A stretch of DNA of 63,619 bases, filler included, from Octopus bimaculoides (GCF_001194135.2; 6 parts of 5 records of this genome joined end to end with filler, not necessarily neighbours in it); one strand, 5' to 3'. Shown: positions 12,290-26,700, counted from the whole stretch's first letter. Numbers and translations: made by a program. Notes: a model not told the origin generated them from the letters alone.

Positions 12290-13050
12290 TAAATATCTAT
12301 CCACATAACTAATTGACCATTTGTTTAACTTGTTGGTTAAACAGTCATAGGCTGATTAATATTGGTGTGAAGTTCTATGATATTATTCTTCTTAACTGAT
12401 TCTACTATTCTAGAAATAACTCTATACCTAATCAAGTTTGTGACTTATTGATCTGTTCTGACAAATCTCAGAACAGAGATGTTTCTTCAAGTAGCCTACA
12501 GTCAATGTATTTAAAGACTTAGTGACCACTTTCAACTTAAAACATCATCAGTCAGTATAGAAGTAAAACTAGTCTGAAAGACATTGTTTTAGAATACTGC
12601 CCAAGGTCAGTGAAAATGGAGCAGACACTGGATTTATTGACAACGTTTAACTGTTGAGTGTCAAAGTGAAGCTAGCGTCTAAAAAACATCAGTTTGCAAA
12701 GCTACCCACAGCCAGTAAAAATAGAGCTGACAGTCTATGTGTTTGCAGTAAGAGTGGTGCTTGACAATCCACTCCTGTTCAATTGTGTGCTCAAGAGATC
12801 CCCATTAGTTTTCTTGAATACTGAGAAGTATATCCAAACAAGAATACAATGAACAGACATTGATAATGTTGATGTCTAAATTGACCATGCTGGATGAGTT
12901 TGTAAGTCCTTCCAAATGGAAAGTCAATGTAGCCAAAACTAAGATATTCTCTGCTGGCTTTACAAGAGTAGATGCATATCTTCACAGTCAACAACATCCA
13001 GTAACAGGATGTGGGTGAGTTTGTTTACTGAGGTAAATCTTTGTAACCAA
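12290..13050 (-). pseudogene. Heavily decayed retroelement RT-like sequence, possibly Penelope-like
   Basis: Stop-riddled translation with FYFYTD and LTVGYLKKHL segments resembling the region before the PLE RT active site. Weak. Confidence 0.3.
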
Positions 13051-13616
13051 CCATCCAATCAAACAATGAGATTAAATAATATCTTGACCCTTTTGATTCC
13101 AATCCACTTTAGACCATCCCTTGTTCTGTGATGTAAATCCCATGTTTTAAACCGATGCAAATTAAACTCAAGCTGGTCTTATAAATAATGTCTAACCATG
13201 TGTAAATATTCGGATATTGGATATACATTCCTAAATATTACTCACAAGGAACTATGACCTACTGGTTTGTATTATGCATTTGCTAACTGTGACATAAACT
13301 AAAACTTTCCATCAAAATTCCGTGTTAATTTGTGTTTCAATCACCAGGTTAACCCATTTTGTTACAATATTTCTGTTGAAATACACTGTGTTTGTTTTAA
13401 TTAGTTTTGAAAATAATGAAGTATTAAGTAAAATATTTTTGCTATTATGAAGCTGGACCTTGGAAAATAAATTAACATGAAAACTTTTGAAGGAAGGTTT
13501 TAATTTAGATCACTATAAGCAGGAAGTTTGTATTGTAGAACTAGGATCAGTTTCAGGTGGATTCTTATTAAAAAGTTTAATAATAACAAAATTATTGTAC
13601 TAAATTCTTCATTAGA

Positions 13617-14060
13617 TGCAGGTATGGCTGCTGTGGTAAGAAGCTTGCTTCCCAAACACATAGTTCCAGGTTCAGTCCCACTGCATAGCATCTTGGGCAA
13701 GTGTCTCCTACTATAGCCTTAGGTCAACCAAAGCCTCATGAGTGGATTTAGTAGACAGAAACTGAAGGAAGCCAGCCATATATATATATATATACACACA
13801 CGCACACACATATATATATATGTGTGTGAGTGTGTCTCTGTGTCAGTGTTTGTCCCCACCCACCCCATCACCACTTGACAACTTGTGTTGGTGTGTTTAT
13901 GTTCCCATAACTTAGCGGTTCAGCAAAAATGACCGATAGAATAAGTACTGGGCTTTCCCCCAAAAATAAGTCCTGGGGTCGATTTGATCAACTAAAAACC
14001 CTTCAAGGCAGTGCTTCAGTATGGCCACAGTCAAATGACTGAAACAAGTAAAAGAATAAA
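13617..14060 (+). mobile_element. CORE-like tRNA SINE with internal (TA)(CA)(TG) microsatellite and 3' domain
   Basis: Head GCAGGTATGGCTGCTGTGGTAAGAAG...GGTTCAGTCCC...CTTGGGCAAGTG; tail ACTTAGCGGTTC...GAATAAGT...CAAATGACTGAAACAAGTAAAAG. Partial copies at 1870-2110 (-), 4722-4885, 8753-8905, 35840-35990, 37540-37675, 49497-49657 (-) and 56030-56165. Confidence 0.8.
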
Positions 14061-14509
14061 AGACTTATCTCTCAAAATTGATTTCAACAGAAATATTGTA
14101 ACAAAAGAGTTAATACAGACACCCAGTCTCATTTCAAAGAGGGAGAAAACTCTACACGAAGATCTGTGTTTCAGGCACCAATATGTTCAAATATTCTTAG
14201 CAAATGTGAAACTTTGTGCCAACAATGTGAAGATGTTTATCATTTGGATGTATTTAACAACTAATATTTAAGAAAATTACTTTGTTCACATTCTTGAATG
14301 AGTGCAAATATGTCACTGCTTTCCTAAACTTACAACACACATTTTCTGTAAGTTTAAGCATTCAATGTTCTCCAGAAACTTTTATTTATATTACCATTAA
14401 GTCCAGCTCCATGCCCAAAATGCTGTGTGTTTGTTAGGGCATGATTGCAGGTCATCAAAGGAGTCTTTGCATTGATTACAGGTTCAAGTATCAACAATAG
14501 CTGGTGGAA

Positions 14510-14822
14510 TAAAGCACACATGGCGGTACCACATAAAAGTGCCCATGTGATGACATGTAAAAACACCAGTGCAGTGCCATGTAAAAGTGCCCGAGTGATG
14601 CCACATAAAAATGCTCCTGTAGTGCCACATAAAAGTGCCCATGCAGTGCCACGTAAAAGCACTCACCACACTTTGTAAAATGGTTGGTGTTAGGATGGGC
14701 ATCTAGCCATAGAAACCATGCCAAAATCAGACTGGGGTCTGGTGCAGCTCCCCAGCTTTGGTCAAACCATCTAACCCATGTAAGCATGGACAACGGATGT
14801 TAAATGATGATGATAATAATGT
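14510..14822 (+). repeat. LINE-tail derived repeat with ~26 bp tandem units (GTGCCACATAAAAGTGCCC) ending in (GAT)n
   Basis: About six degenerate units, then the same tail as at 35700 and 10052-10215. Confidence 0.65.
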
Positions 14823-15231
14823 TAAGTAGTACTTGTTTACAACCAAGCAGAAGAAACATGGCCTCATGGTTAAAGTGTTAGGTTCATGATCAAAAGGTTG
14901 TGGGTTCCATTTCTGGACAGGGTGGCATGGTATGTCCTTGAGCAATGCACTTCATTTCATGTTCTTCCAGTCTACTCAGTCATGAGTACCAGCCTAATGT
15001 TTTTTTCTCACTCTCTAGCTGTCACATCCACAATGTTCTGCTAAGTCAAGGATGGGAAGTCCCTGAGATGTCTCTTTCTATCCACAACTACATAAACATC
15101 TAAAGCAATTAGCAAATGCATAATACAAGCCAGTAGATCATGCTTGCTTGTGAGTAGTACTTAGGTATATATACCCAATACTTGCATGTGGTTAGACCTT
15201 ATTTGTAAGGCCAGCTTGAGTTGAAACAAGA

Positions 15232-15262
<31 letters not shown>

Positions 15263-16209
15263 GNNNNNNNNNNGAATGAAGATAACTGTTTAAATCAGAA
15301 ATCAGGATTTTGATGTATCTGAATATATACATATACATATATATATCACTACCATCATCTTCATCTATTAATGCGTTTTCCATGCTGACATAGGTTAGAC
15401 AGAATTTGATTAGTTAGAAGGCTGTGTTTCAACATCTGCTTTGGTAAGCTTTCTAAAGTTGAATGCCTTTCCCATACATACATACACACACATGTATTAC
15501 TGTTTGTCTTTATGTTAAGTTATATAGAAACAGTTCAACATTTAACTGTAGAATCACTCAATAATTTTCAGTGGAATATCATTATTTTTACAAGGAAAAG
15601 GTTGGCATACACACAAACAAACATATATCTATATACATTTGTATAAGTTGTATATATAACAAAAATATAACAATCAGCCTATACATAGATTAGTTATATC
15701 TTAACAGAGCTTCTATGCTATGATTATCAAAGAAAGAAATTATCTATACTTGTGAATAAACTGGTGCTAAATAAATTGCTAAAATATGCAAACCTTGATT
15801 TGGGCCATAGAGATATATACCAGTGTCTCTACCCAATATGACATGTGTTCTATGAGTAAAGTGTGTTGGTAAGAGAGTGATACTCATTGTAGGAAGATAG
15901 CTGGAGTTAAAATAGTAGAGTACATTATGTTTTGGCTGTGTGTGCTCCAGCCTTTTTTAGTTATCTTCTGAGTCACCTTAGTGCTTTCTCTGGGATTAAA
16001 CTCAGTATCTCTAGGTGAGTGCACTACATTTCAACAATTACTGGCTAATTCTGATGCACCAAAACAACTGTAGTGATTTGGAATAAAGCCCGTTCATTCC
16101 ATCTTCTTGTATTCATATTATATATATATATATATGTATATATATAGTTTTAGGGAAAAGAACCAAGGTTCATGAACTCATCGATGAAAATCCACTGTCA
16201 CATATTATT

Positions 16210-16247
<38 letters not shown>

Positions 16248-16260
16248 TTGTATATGTACA

Positions 16261-16473
16261 CAAGGGGGTGCTAGAAAGTTCCTGGATTTGGGTAAAAGAA
16301 ATACAGGGGATCAGTTAATAATGATTTTATACAGCATGTTCCCGTCTCAGATTACACACTTATTGCAGTGGTCCTTCAGGTTTTCTAAGTCTGGTAAAAG
16401 AACTTGGAAGGTTGGGCCTCTAACCAGGCCTTTTGCGATACTCTTCAAGCTAGGAACTTTTCAGTACCCTTTG
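16261..16473. mobile_element. Mariner-type MITE, ~213 bp
   Basis: Degenerate TIRs CAAGGGGGTGCTAGAAAGTTCCTGG and (reverse complement) CAAAGGGTACTGAAAAGTTCCTAG. Confidence 0.6.
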
Positions 16474-17880
16474 TCTATATATATGCATGTGTGTGTGCAT
16501 GTGTATATACACACATTATATACAATTTTATTTAAATATATATCTATATGTGGGTGTGTGTGTGTGTATATCTATCTATATATAAACATACATACACATC
16601 ATATACCATTTTAGCTATTTACAATATAATATATATATAAACAGAATATTCTACACTATTTAATTTCAACATAATTTGCTACAACAGTGGTAGGATGTAA
16701 ACATTATCATATCTCATAGTGTATAAAGCCTAAAGTTTTTACAAAAAAAGAGTATATTAAAAAACACCAATAAAATTGATCTCATTGGGGCAACATTGAC
16801 AAGAAAAAGTTTACATTAGAATTCTAATTATCATTATGATACTCAGCATTAAAGCAAATAGTTCATTCTCTGAGCTGTCACTAAACCATCAGAATTAACC
16901 ATAACATGTACATTTTGACTTCAGTTTTGTCAATAAAAGATCTCACCACACCTCCTTGGCAAAGTACAATGCGAGCAATGCCATGACCACTGTAGATACT
17001 ACTAACAGTACAACATGGCCATTCCTGAAAGTTATAGTATCATTATTTACACACCTTTGAACTCCAATTGTCCATCCCCTGCCAGAAAACACAGAACTGT
17101 TTTTGTACTGATATCTTTGATAAACCCACTTATAAAACCTGTTACTTAGTTCTCAACAGAGACACTATATTGATAGTAGGAAAAGCAAAATTCATCTTTA
17201 TTATCTATATATGTAAATATACTGATGCTAATTGCTAAAATCTTTTTAAAAATGCCCCGCTTTGGATCATGGAGACAGAAACCAGTACCCAGCCGTTTAT
17301 GTGTGCCTACCCAGTCCGTAAAGTGCATTGGTTCAGGGTTTATTATCATCATAAGATGTTTATGGAGGATCAAGATGTCAGTGTGGAAAACTAGTGCTAG
17401 TATTTACAATAAACACATCTGGTCCAATTATTGTCTTGCTAATGAAAAGCTCAAGTCAGAAGAGCATGTGAAGACAGAACCTGGAAAGAGTTCCCTAAAA
17501 CTGGGTGTCCCTTTACAAATTTTGCAGTTTACTGCTATAAAGGCAAAACAAATGTTTCCCAAGGTAGGAGAGTAGGGGACTGATCTATTCTCAGGGTGGA
17601 TGGAATTAAACTGAAGAGCTGAGCAACAAAGTAGCTTGCTGATTTTACATTGTTGTTGTAAGCAACACTGGTTGTTCCTTGCCTGTGTTACAATTAGCTC
17701 TCAAATGACCAAGTCCACCAAAGAGTTTGAACCACAGATACTACACAGAGCTATGATAACAGGATATGAACAATTTCCCCTCTCAACTGGTTGTCTGGTA
17801 ATCTAGCAGTCTGAATATCCACATTTAATTCTCTAGTGTTGGTGTTTTACATATCATTCATGAAGGCTCAAGACATTAGT

Positions 17881-18260
17881 TGTTGGCACTCCGTCGTTTA
17901 CGACGACGAAGGTTTCAGTTGATCCGATCAACAGAACAGTCTGCTCGTGAAAATAACATGCAAGTGGCTGAGCACTCCACAGACACATGTACCCTTAACG
18001 TAGTTCTCGGGGATATTCAGCGTGACACAGTATGACAAGGCTGACCCATTGAATTACAGGCACAACAGAAACAGGAAGTAAGAGTGAGAGAAGGTTGTGG
18101 TGGAAGAGTACAGCAGGGTTCGCCACCATCCGTTGCTGGAGCCTTGTGGAGCTTTAGTTGTTTTCGCTCAATAAACACTCACAACACCCGGTCTGGGAAT
18201 CAAAACCGCGATCCTATGACCACGAGTCCGCTGCCCTAACCACTGGGCCATTGCGCCTCC
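17881..18260 (-). mobile_element. tRNA-derived SINE, near full length
   Basis: Head GGAGGCGCAATGGCCCAGTGGTTAGG with A box TGGCCCAGTGG and a B-box variant GGTTTTGATTCCC. The body is collinear with 46170-46476. Confidence 0.85.
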
Positions 18261-19491
18261 ACAACATTAGTAGATAATATATAAAAGCTTGAAACTACAA
18301 AAACATTTTCTTCGATACTGACCACATGACAAGCTGCTGGCATTAATAGCTAATAACAGGAAAAATACATACCCCTGTCCTACAATCCTCATTCAAACTT
18401 TGAGCAAAATACTGTTACTGTAATAAGAAACATCAACATGAATGACAAAGTCCATAATTGCTTTGCAGCTGCATATCATTATGATGATGATGATGGTAGT
18501 GGCTGTGGTAGACAGAAGCAATATTTTAAATAAAGAAAAATATGAATAATGCATCTATTTTGTTCAAAGTAGTTACCTGAGAAGAAAAACATAAAACAAA
18601 ACAGCAAGCTGATATTTTCAACATTTCTTTTTAATGAAATATCATGAAATCAATGTAATTATTTAATGGAAAGTATCTTTTTTTTTTAAAGTTTATTTAT
18701 TAATTTAGAATTTCTCTCTTTATCTTTCTCTCATCCTTTCACTCGTTCTTCCGTTCACTCTTTCTTTCTCTCACTCTTCATCTTACATAGCAAATGGAGA
18801 AAGACTTCATAACAATGTCTACCTCTCTATTTTTTTTTTTTAATAAAACAGTTTCTTTGTATTCAATTCTTGTCTTTTATATTTGGTATGGGTATCTTTT
18901 TTTTGTGTTTTTTTTGTCTTCTATTTTTCATCTTTCTCTTGTTTTGTCAATAGTTATACTTTCATTGAACACAATGTTTCACAAATAAACAAGAACACAA
19001 GAGAAAAGAAAATTAAACAAAAATATACATATGGAATAAAATAAAAGAACTGGTATTTTTCAAATATTTTGGTATTTTTTTTCCCTTTCTCTTTCTTTCT
19101 CTCTCTTTTTCTTAAACATGAATACTTGTTGCAAAAGGCATCCTATTCCACTAAATTCACTATAACAGCCTTAATTCTTTAACATCTTTTTTTTTTTTTG
19201 CTATCTAATCGTTTAATGAAGCTGTGCAAATTATTTCCAGGTTGAAAAATAAAGGTGCCATATACTGACAGATAAACATTGACTTCTAACAATGGTGGCA
19301 AAGCCAAAGATTATGGAAGAGGGGACCGACTTACTCGAATAAACTGGAATCAATGCAAGAAGAATGAAAAGTCAACCTTGGTGGGATTCGAACTCAGAAC
19401 CTAAAGGTATATAACTAAATACAAGAAATTTAATTTAATTCAGCACTCTACCAATTTTGCCACTTCACTGCCCTACTTTGAGATTATACAA

Positions 19492-19536
<45 letters not shown>

Positions 19537-20780
19537 TACACACAAGCACACGCACAAACACACGTATATATGAATTTTTAAAAAATGACAAAATATAGTG
19601 AAATTATTTGAAGTAAAAGCTAAATTTTTTTTTTTTAACGTTACCAAAATTATCAAANNNNNNNNNNNNNNNNNNNNNNNNNNNNNNNNNNNNNNNNNNN
19701 NNNNNNNNNNNNNNNNNNNNNNNNNNNNNNNNNNNNNNNNNNNNNNNNNNNNNNNNNNNNNNNNNNNNNNNNNNNNNNNNNNNNNNNNNNNNNNNNNNNN
19801 NNNNNNNNNNNNNNNNNNNNNNNNNNNNNNNNNNNNNNNNNNNNNNNNNNNNNNNNNNNNNNNNNNNNNNNNNNNNNNNNNNNNNNNNNNNNNNNNNNNN
19901 NNNNNNNNNNNNNNNNNNNNNNNNNNNNNNNNNNNNNNNNNNNNNNNNNNNNNNNNNNNNNNNNNNNNNNNNNNNNNNNNNNNNNNNNNNNNNNNNNNNN
20001 NNNNNNNNNNNNNNNNNNNNNNNNNNNNNNNNNNNNNNNNNNNNNNNNNNNNNNNNNNNNNNNNNNNNNNNNNNNNNNNNNNNNNNNNNNNNNNNNNNNN
20101 NNNNNNNNNNNNNNNNNNNNNNNNNNNNNNNNNNNNNNNNNNNNNNNNNNNNNNNNNNNNNNNNNNNNNNNNNNNNNNNNNNNNNNNNNNNNNNNNNNNN
20201 NNNNNNNNNNNNNNNNNNNNNNNNNNNNNNNNNNNNNNNNNNNNNNNNNNNNNNNNNNNNNNNNNNNNNNNNNNNNNNNNNNNNNNNNNNNNNNNNNNNN
20301 NNNNNNNNNNNNNNNNNNNNNNNNNNNNNNNNNNNNNNNNNNNNNNNNNNNNNNNNNNNNNNNNNNNNNNNNNNNNNNNNNNNNNNNNNNNNNNNNNNNN
20401 NNNNNNNNNNNNNNNNNNNNNNNNNNNNNNNNNNNNNNNNNNNNNNNNNNNNNNNNNNNNNNNNNNNNNNNNNNNNNNNNNNNNNNNNNNNNNNNNNNNN
20501 NNNNNNNNNNNNNNNNNNNNNNNNNNNNNNNNNNNNNNNNNNNAAAAAAAAAAAAAAAAATGTGTATATAAAAAAAGAGAGAGAGTTAGTAAAAACATTC
20601 AAGTATGATAGATATGTAGAAGGGGGAAAAAAACAGAGAGAAAGAGAAATAGAGAGAGAGAGAGAGAGAGAGAAGAATGGTAGTAATATATGTGGATTAA
20701 AGAATGTAAATAAAATGTTAAGGAAGTCAAAGTAAAAAAGTGAGAAGGTGGTAGTAGAGAAGAACCTAGCTAAATGTGTG

Positions 20781-23700
20781 TTACTTGAGGCCAAGAAATC
20801 CATACAAATGTTCAATATGTTTTATAACAGTGTCTAAGAAATTGGGTTTTTCTCTGTGGATGGACCGTGCCCCAGAGAGAGCTGTGGAAGTGGTACTGGT
20901 AGTTGTGGTTGTCGATGTTGTTGTTCCTGATGTTGTGGCTGCTGTCCCTTTGTTAGGGCTGTGCTGTTCACATTTTGTATCAGTCTCTTTGCCTTCTTCT
21001 GAAGACAGCCTACCACTACCAGTCTGGCCAGCACCACTACCAATTCCACCAGTTCCACTAAGAGAGCTTTCGGATGCTATCTGGAAACCAGGGGACACCT
21101 CTTCCGCATTGTTGTCGGTTTCCATTTCATCAGGATCGTTACTGAATCGCTGGCGCTTCGTAGGTGTCTCCATAGACTCGTCTGGTTCCGAACTGTTTAG
21201 GTGTTCCGAACGAGTAAGCTTTTCGGCTGTTACTGGGACTTCAGTTAACGTCTCAGCAGTAGTAATAGGGTCGATGTTAATGCCTGGATTGATACTAGTT
21301 GTGGTGGGAGATGAAGTAACAGCTGATGAAGTTGGAAGAGGACTGGAAAGAGGTGATGATGAAGATGTCTTACTGCTGTTGGTAGCAACCGATACTGCAG
21401 TGGGAGTAGCAGTAGAAGTAGCAGCAGTGGTAGTAATTGTAGGAGTATTCGTAGTAGCAGTAGTAGTAGTAGTCGTAGTAGATAAGCTAACAACACTGGT
21501 TGAACTAGCAGCAAGTGAAGAATCTTCATTTTCAGATCTCTGACGTTGTTGGTAATCACAACACACTCTGTGAATGTGTTGCAGGCTGTCTGTTAGTAAA
21601 CTACTAAGTTGTTTTGGAGGTTGAACAGAAAATATTAAAAGCATGGCTCTAAGGTCACCATTAATACGTTGGCAGATAGAAAAAAGTTCCTGATCAGTTT
21701 TTACATTTTCTGTTGCTGATTTTTCAGCGGTGATAGAAGCCACAAGACTGTCAAGTAAACTTTGACCTTGGTCATTGAGGACTTGTTGGTGAACCTTAGG
21801 AAAGAAATTGCAGAAAAATTGGTAGATTATAGGGCTGTTGAGAGACATGCGTTCATCCAATAGAACTGCATTGACATACTCAATGAAATAATAGCTGTTG
21901 CACAATACTTTAATGCAACTCTTATCAAACTGCTCTAAATGATAGATTTCATTCCACAATTTGGCAAAATAAAGTGAATGAAGAGGTACCCCTTCATAAG
22001 CAACCATTGCACTCAGATTGATCAAGTCTTTAGTAAGGTTATGTTGATTGACAGCAACCCGGCATAGCAAGTCAATAAACAGGTGATATTGATTGAAGAA
22101 GTCAGACAGTGCAGCATCATAACAATCATCAACATTTCGGGAAGCTTCCAGTTGGTTGGAGTGTAGCAACATCTGAAACTGAGGCCTTGGTGGTCTGACA
22201 TTAGATTTAGAGCAGATGGTCTTCTGACCCCTGCGTGGGAAATAAGGACCAACAGACACTGGTAGGTTGGTGTCCTGAAATGCTTTGTGGGAATCTCGCA
22301 GAATTGTAACAATAGTAGGGATTATGTCCTTTTGGAAAGTGAGTACCATTTCTTTGAGGACTTCAAAACAACTCTGACGGATTTCAGGTGGAGTATAAGA
22401 ATTCAAGAGAGTAAGAAGCTTGCGAACAAACTCTGCTCTTTCATTCCAGTTAAAGATGCATTCCTTTACATGTAAAGTACTTGGGTTCTTCCGTTCCAAG
22501 TAATGCCTGGCAACTTTGAGGACAGGCAATAGCAAGGCAAGGAGATCAACAATATCGCCAGTCACATGACATGCTGTAGCCTCGTGGTACATCACATGAA
22601 GAGTAAAGAATGCTTCAGTTATCATTTGCAAACCTTGCTGGTAAATAATGAGTAGTCTGTCATCTGTACTATCAACTAGAATTTTGAAGCTGTTGATGAG
22701 TGTTTGCCAGCCAGATCGAGCGTCCAAGTGCTGCAAGTACATCTGGATAGTAGTTCGCCTGAAGTTATTGATGGCCTTCAATTCTTCTTCAGAACTGTCT
22801 TGGTGCTTCATTGACATGACTCGCATCATTTTGAAGAGTTCTTCGACAGCAGCAGTATATTGGGCAGGATAAGGAGAAATGTTCTTAAATGCCCACAGAA
22901 TATTTTGGTGCTGAGCGAGCTGCCTTGTGAAAGAACGTGACTGTTGACAACAGATGCGCAGCAGGCCATAGTAGGCTGGCAACATACAACGATTGAACAT
23001 GACAACTTCCTGATCATCGTGGTCAGCGAGGATATAATTAAAAGCAATATTTTTACAGACATGTGTGTTGGTGACAATAAGTTTTACATTCTCTGGGCAG
23101 TCTAGACACACTTGATACCAGAACATAAGCATGGCTTGTTTGTTGTGGTGCATTGAGATCTGAGGTTCTGATAACTTGGGTTGAAATAGTTGCCATAAAT
23201 CAGCAAAATAGCGACCAAACATTAACTTTTCCTTTTTAGAAATCAGACAGTATGTGACAACAGCAAAGTAACAAACTAGTTTGCTGGTGCCGTGAACCTG
23301 AGGGTCAACATAGAGACGTGCACGCGACAGCAGTGATAACAAATGCTCGTAGATTTGATGTAGAACAGCTAGTGCATCTGAGGAGAGTAGTAGTTCTTTA
23401 TGTGGACTCAGTATGCTTCTAGCTGTGCGGAATGCTTGTCGAAAATTTAGGCTGGGAACTAAGGAAACCAATAAGAAACTTGCTGCATTTCTTACCCGTA
23501 CATTGCCATGAGCAATAAGATAACCTTCGACCCAATTGTCCATCTGCTGTAGTACCCATGCATTGGCAATTTTATTCCTAGTGACCAAATTCGAGAGCCA
23601 TTCAAGACACTGATGAGGACAACATTCTGTGAGCTCCCAGAATCGCTGAAGAATATACTGTAAAAAGGGAGGCATTCCTGGTGGACCTCCAATGAATTCA

Positions 23701-26700
23701 ACTAATAAAGACATTAACTTAAAAAATGGTTGCGCCTGTTCTGCATTCAGTTTTTTGACAGCATTGAAAAGCATCTGAACAATTGCCAATGCCAAAGAGT
23801 CATTCCAGCGACAGAGACTAAAAATTAAATTGCACGTCTGCCGTACATTAATATGGTCTTTAATTTGATTGTAAAGGAATGGAAATCCTTTGCCACCAAT
23901 GATGCTGTTATAATCTTTTTCACTCAGGCGTAACTGATTGTCTTCTCCTCGTGACCTCTCCACCAGCTGTGCAATCAGCGCTATCATTTTATCTAGTGCC
24001 AGAGGTCTGTGCTTATCTTCAGGCATTGCAATGACGTCATCTTCTTCATCATCATCTGACAATATTTCAACATAATTTTCTTGAGCTTTCTGACCCATGT
24101 AGAAATTAACAATTGCTGATATAGCATTGTTATTGATTAGGAAAAAACATTCTTCATCGCCCATCTTGGCAAATTCTAGAAGAAAACTGAAATATTCTGT
24201 TAGATACTTGCTGTGGGGTCGGACACCTTGCTCAAGAATTGCTAACATACGTCTGATAAATTTGGTAGCACATGTCTGACCACTGAGGCTGTTGGATTTG
24301 GTTTGGTCATCATTGGGATTCCCTGAGGTTAGAAGGTCATACTGGGCATTTTTGAGTTGTGTAATTACGTGAACTAATAACCTCTGGAACATCTGGCGCA
24401 CCATTTGGTTAGGACATTTAATTAATATCTGCTGAGGCCACCAATCACATTCTGCCATATGCTCCAGAAACCATTCACATGCAGCTTGGCAGGAATTAAA
24501 CTGCTTTGTCAGAAGTTCAATCCACTGAAGCATAGTAGGTTTTTCTTTGGCATGAATATGTGTTTCTAAGACAAAGGACGCACTCAGCTGTGCAACCATC
24601 AGAGGCACTTTTCTTGGGTCATCTCGAGGTAATGTCGTTTGAATGTAACCACATAACTGTAGCATGAATCCAAAATAAGTGTGCTCGAATATATTTTTAT
24701 CTTGTAGAAACTGCATGTTGTCTTGCCATATCCAGTCAGCAAGCTCCTTTGACAAATCAAAGTTGAATTTCTGTGGCGGCTCTGATGCAGCATCAGATTC
24801 TTCATTAGGCACTTCTTTCTTCTTCGGAGAACACCGTTCATAAAATAACATATAGGCACTGTTGGTCTTCTCAAAAGAAAAATCCATGAATTTGTCAGTA
24901 ACAGAATCATACGTTTTACTGGTCATTTCACCCCCGAAACACTCTGCAGCTATTTGGCTAGGATCAAATGGTTTCACTTCAGCATCATTAAATAGGTACC
25001 ACTTATCAAATCCAGTCTTAGACTGACTAATGCGATCTCTGATGAAACTATAATAGTGTCCTCCATCAGCAGTTCCCGTGTGTACGGTTACTCCAATCAG
25101 TTCATATTCATGGCAGTCAGATTCATCTTTCGTGAAGGTGTCATTCTTATCGTCATCATCTTGTAATTTATCTGGTCCCATCAAGTTCACTTCCATGTAC
25201 TGAGACATATCCAAGCGTAATGGAAAAGAAAAATGTGTATTTACCTTTTCTTTCATCATAGTCACCATATTAAAAGTGTATCGCATTGTATTAAAACACA
25301 GGATCTTGGGAAGTTTTCTGAAGCATGCACGCTTTTCAGCACGGACTTTCTTTTGACATTTTGAGCAAGTATACATATTGTCTCCTTCAAGCATATCCTT
25401 CACTGTAACCTCATCAAGCGAATCATATAGATTTTTCATGTCTGTAACTTGGCATCGGACAGTATAAAACTCTTCAACAGTGCGACTGACATGTGGACAA
25501 TCAAGGGAAACAACATTATTAGTTAGGACACCACCAAATAAACTTTTCACCAGCTTTTTCATGTCGGAAGACATTTCTTCAAGTTTTGTAATTAAATCTG
25601 TAAAGAACTCAGTCATATCTTTTTGTTCTCCTGTGTTCAGAGGTTGTTTGTCCATGGTGTAAGTCTTGCAGAAGCTCTTGGGGTTATAAGCTTTTCTCTC
25701 ACTTTCTTGAAGGTAAGCAAATATTTTCTGAAGCTCAATCAGTGTGGCTTCATGCTTTGTCTGGTCTGTGCACTTTGCTTGTAATACTGACTGCCTTGCC
25801 TGTGGAATCATATACAAATGCTGCATGCATGTAGCCATATAGCAAGTAGCTCCGAGGTTAGTCAAACCTACATAGCCACATTTTGATCGTCCATCCTCAT
25901 GTGGCCAATAATCCCATGGGTAGGGTACATGAGAATCTTTACTGTGTTGCTTCATCATTTTTTCATGCAGTATAGCATAGTTTTCAACACTACCTTTTAC
26001 CATTTCTACAAGCAAGTCGTAAGCAGCAGCTCGAGATGCTTGACTTTTACACTTGGGCAGCTTTCTGTTGACTGGTGATGGCAACGCAAAGAGACACCAA
26101 AAAATGTCTTCAAGAAATACTCTACCATTTTCAGATGTTTTGAAAGGTGGTTCATGTTTCAAAATAGCAGTACAAAGATTTAAAAGACCAATCAGGGCAT
26201 CATCCTCCTCGTAACCATTCCTGGTTTCATAAAAAGAGCGAGAGATTATATGATTAGCAATTTCTTTACATAACATATCTAAATTCACGAGACTGTCAGA
26301 TTTAGTGTTTGCATCTTCTTTTGAAATGTTATCAACAAATCTGCATACCAACCAGAAATAGTCACGGCAACCAGGACCATATGTCTCTTTCTTCTCCTCT
26401 TGCAGGTAGGCATCATTTACTCGGGGTTTTATTAATAGAGCTTCCGGTAGAAATGACAGCATACTAGATAGTATGGGTAACAGAAATGCATAACCGTTTC
26501 TGTTTTCCGAGGTCTTTCCTAAGCATAATTGATAAAGTCCAGTACAAACTTCCTTGCGGACGCAGGGTTCTGGGGCTTCCAGGGTTAACCTTTTCAGCCA
26601 AGAATTGAAATTTGGAGATGAACAAAATGCATCTTTTAGTTCTTCACATGAATATGCCCAAGATACAAGAAAATTTAAAGCATAATGAACAACTTCTGAC

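Noticed and set aside
12515-12555. CTGATGA...GAAAGTGGTCACTA on the minus strand
   Set aside because: Stem III is possible but stems I and II do not pair.
14510-14660. Repeat-spacer look of the ~26 bp units (CRISPR-like)
   Set aside because: Units are degenerate and contiguous without unique spacers, the context is eukaryotic, and they are part of a LINE-tail repeat.
17225-17575. 116 aa ORF and neighbouring frames as a possible exon
   Set aside because: No recognisable protein motif in any frame.
17881-18260. tRNA gene
   Set aside because: A and B boxes are present, but they continue into a repeated SINE body with no complete cloverleaf.
20776-21543. 255 aa plus-strand ORF antisense to the USP34 C-terminus
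   Set aside because: Val/Ala-rich mirror of Thr/Ser codon repeats, with no recognisable domain and a non-ATG start.
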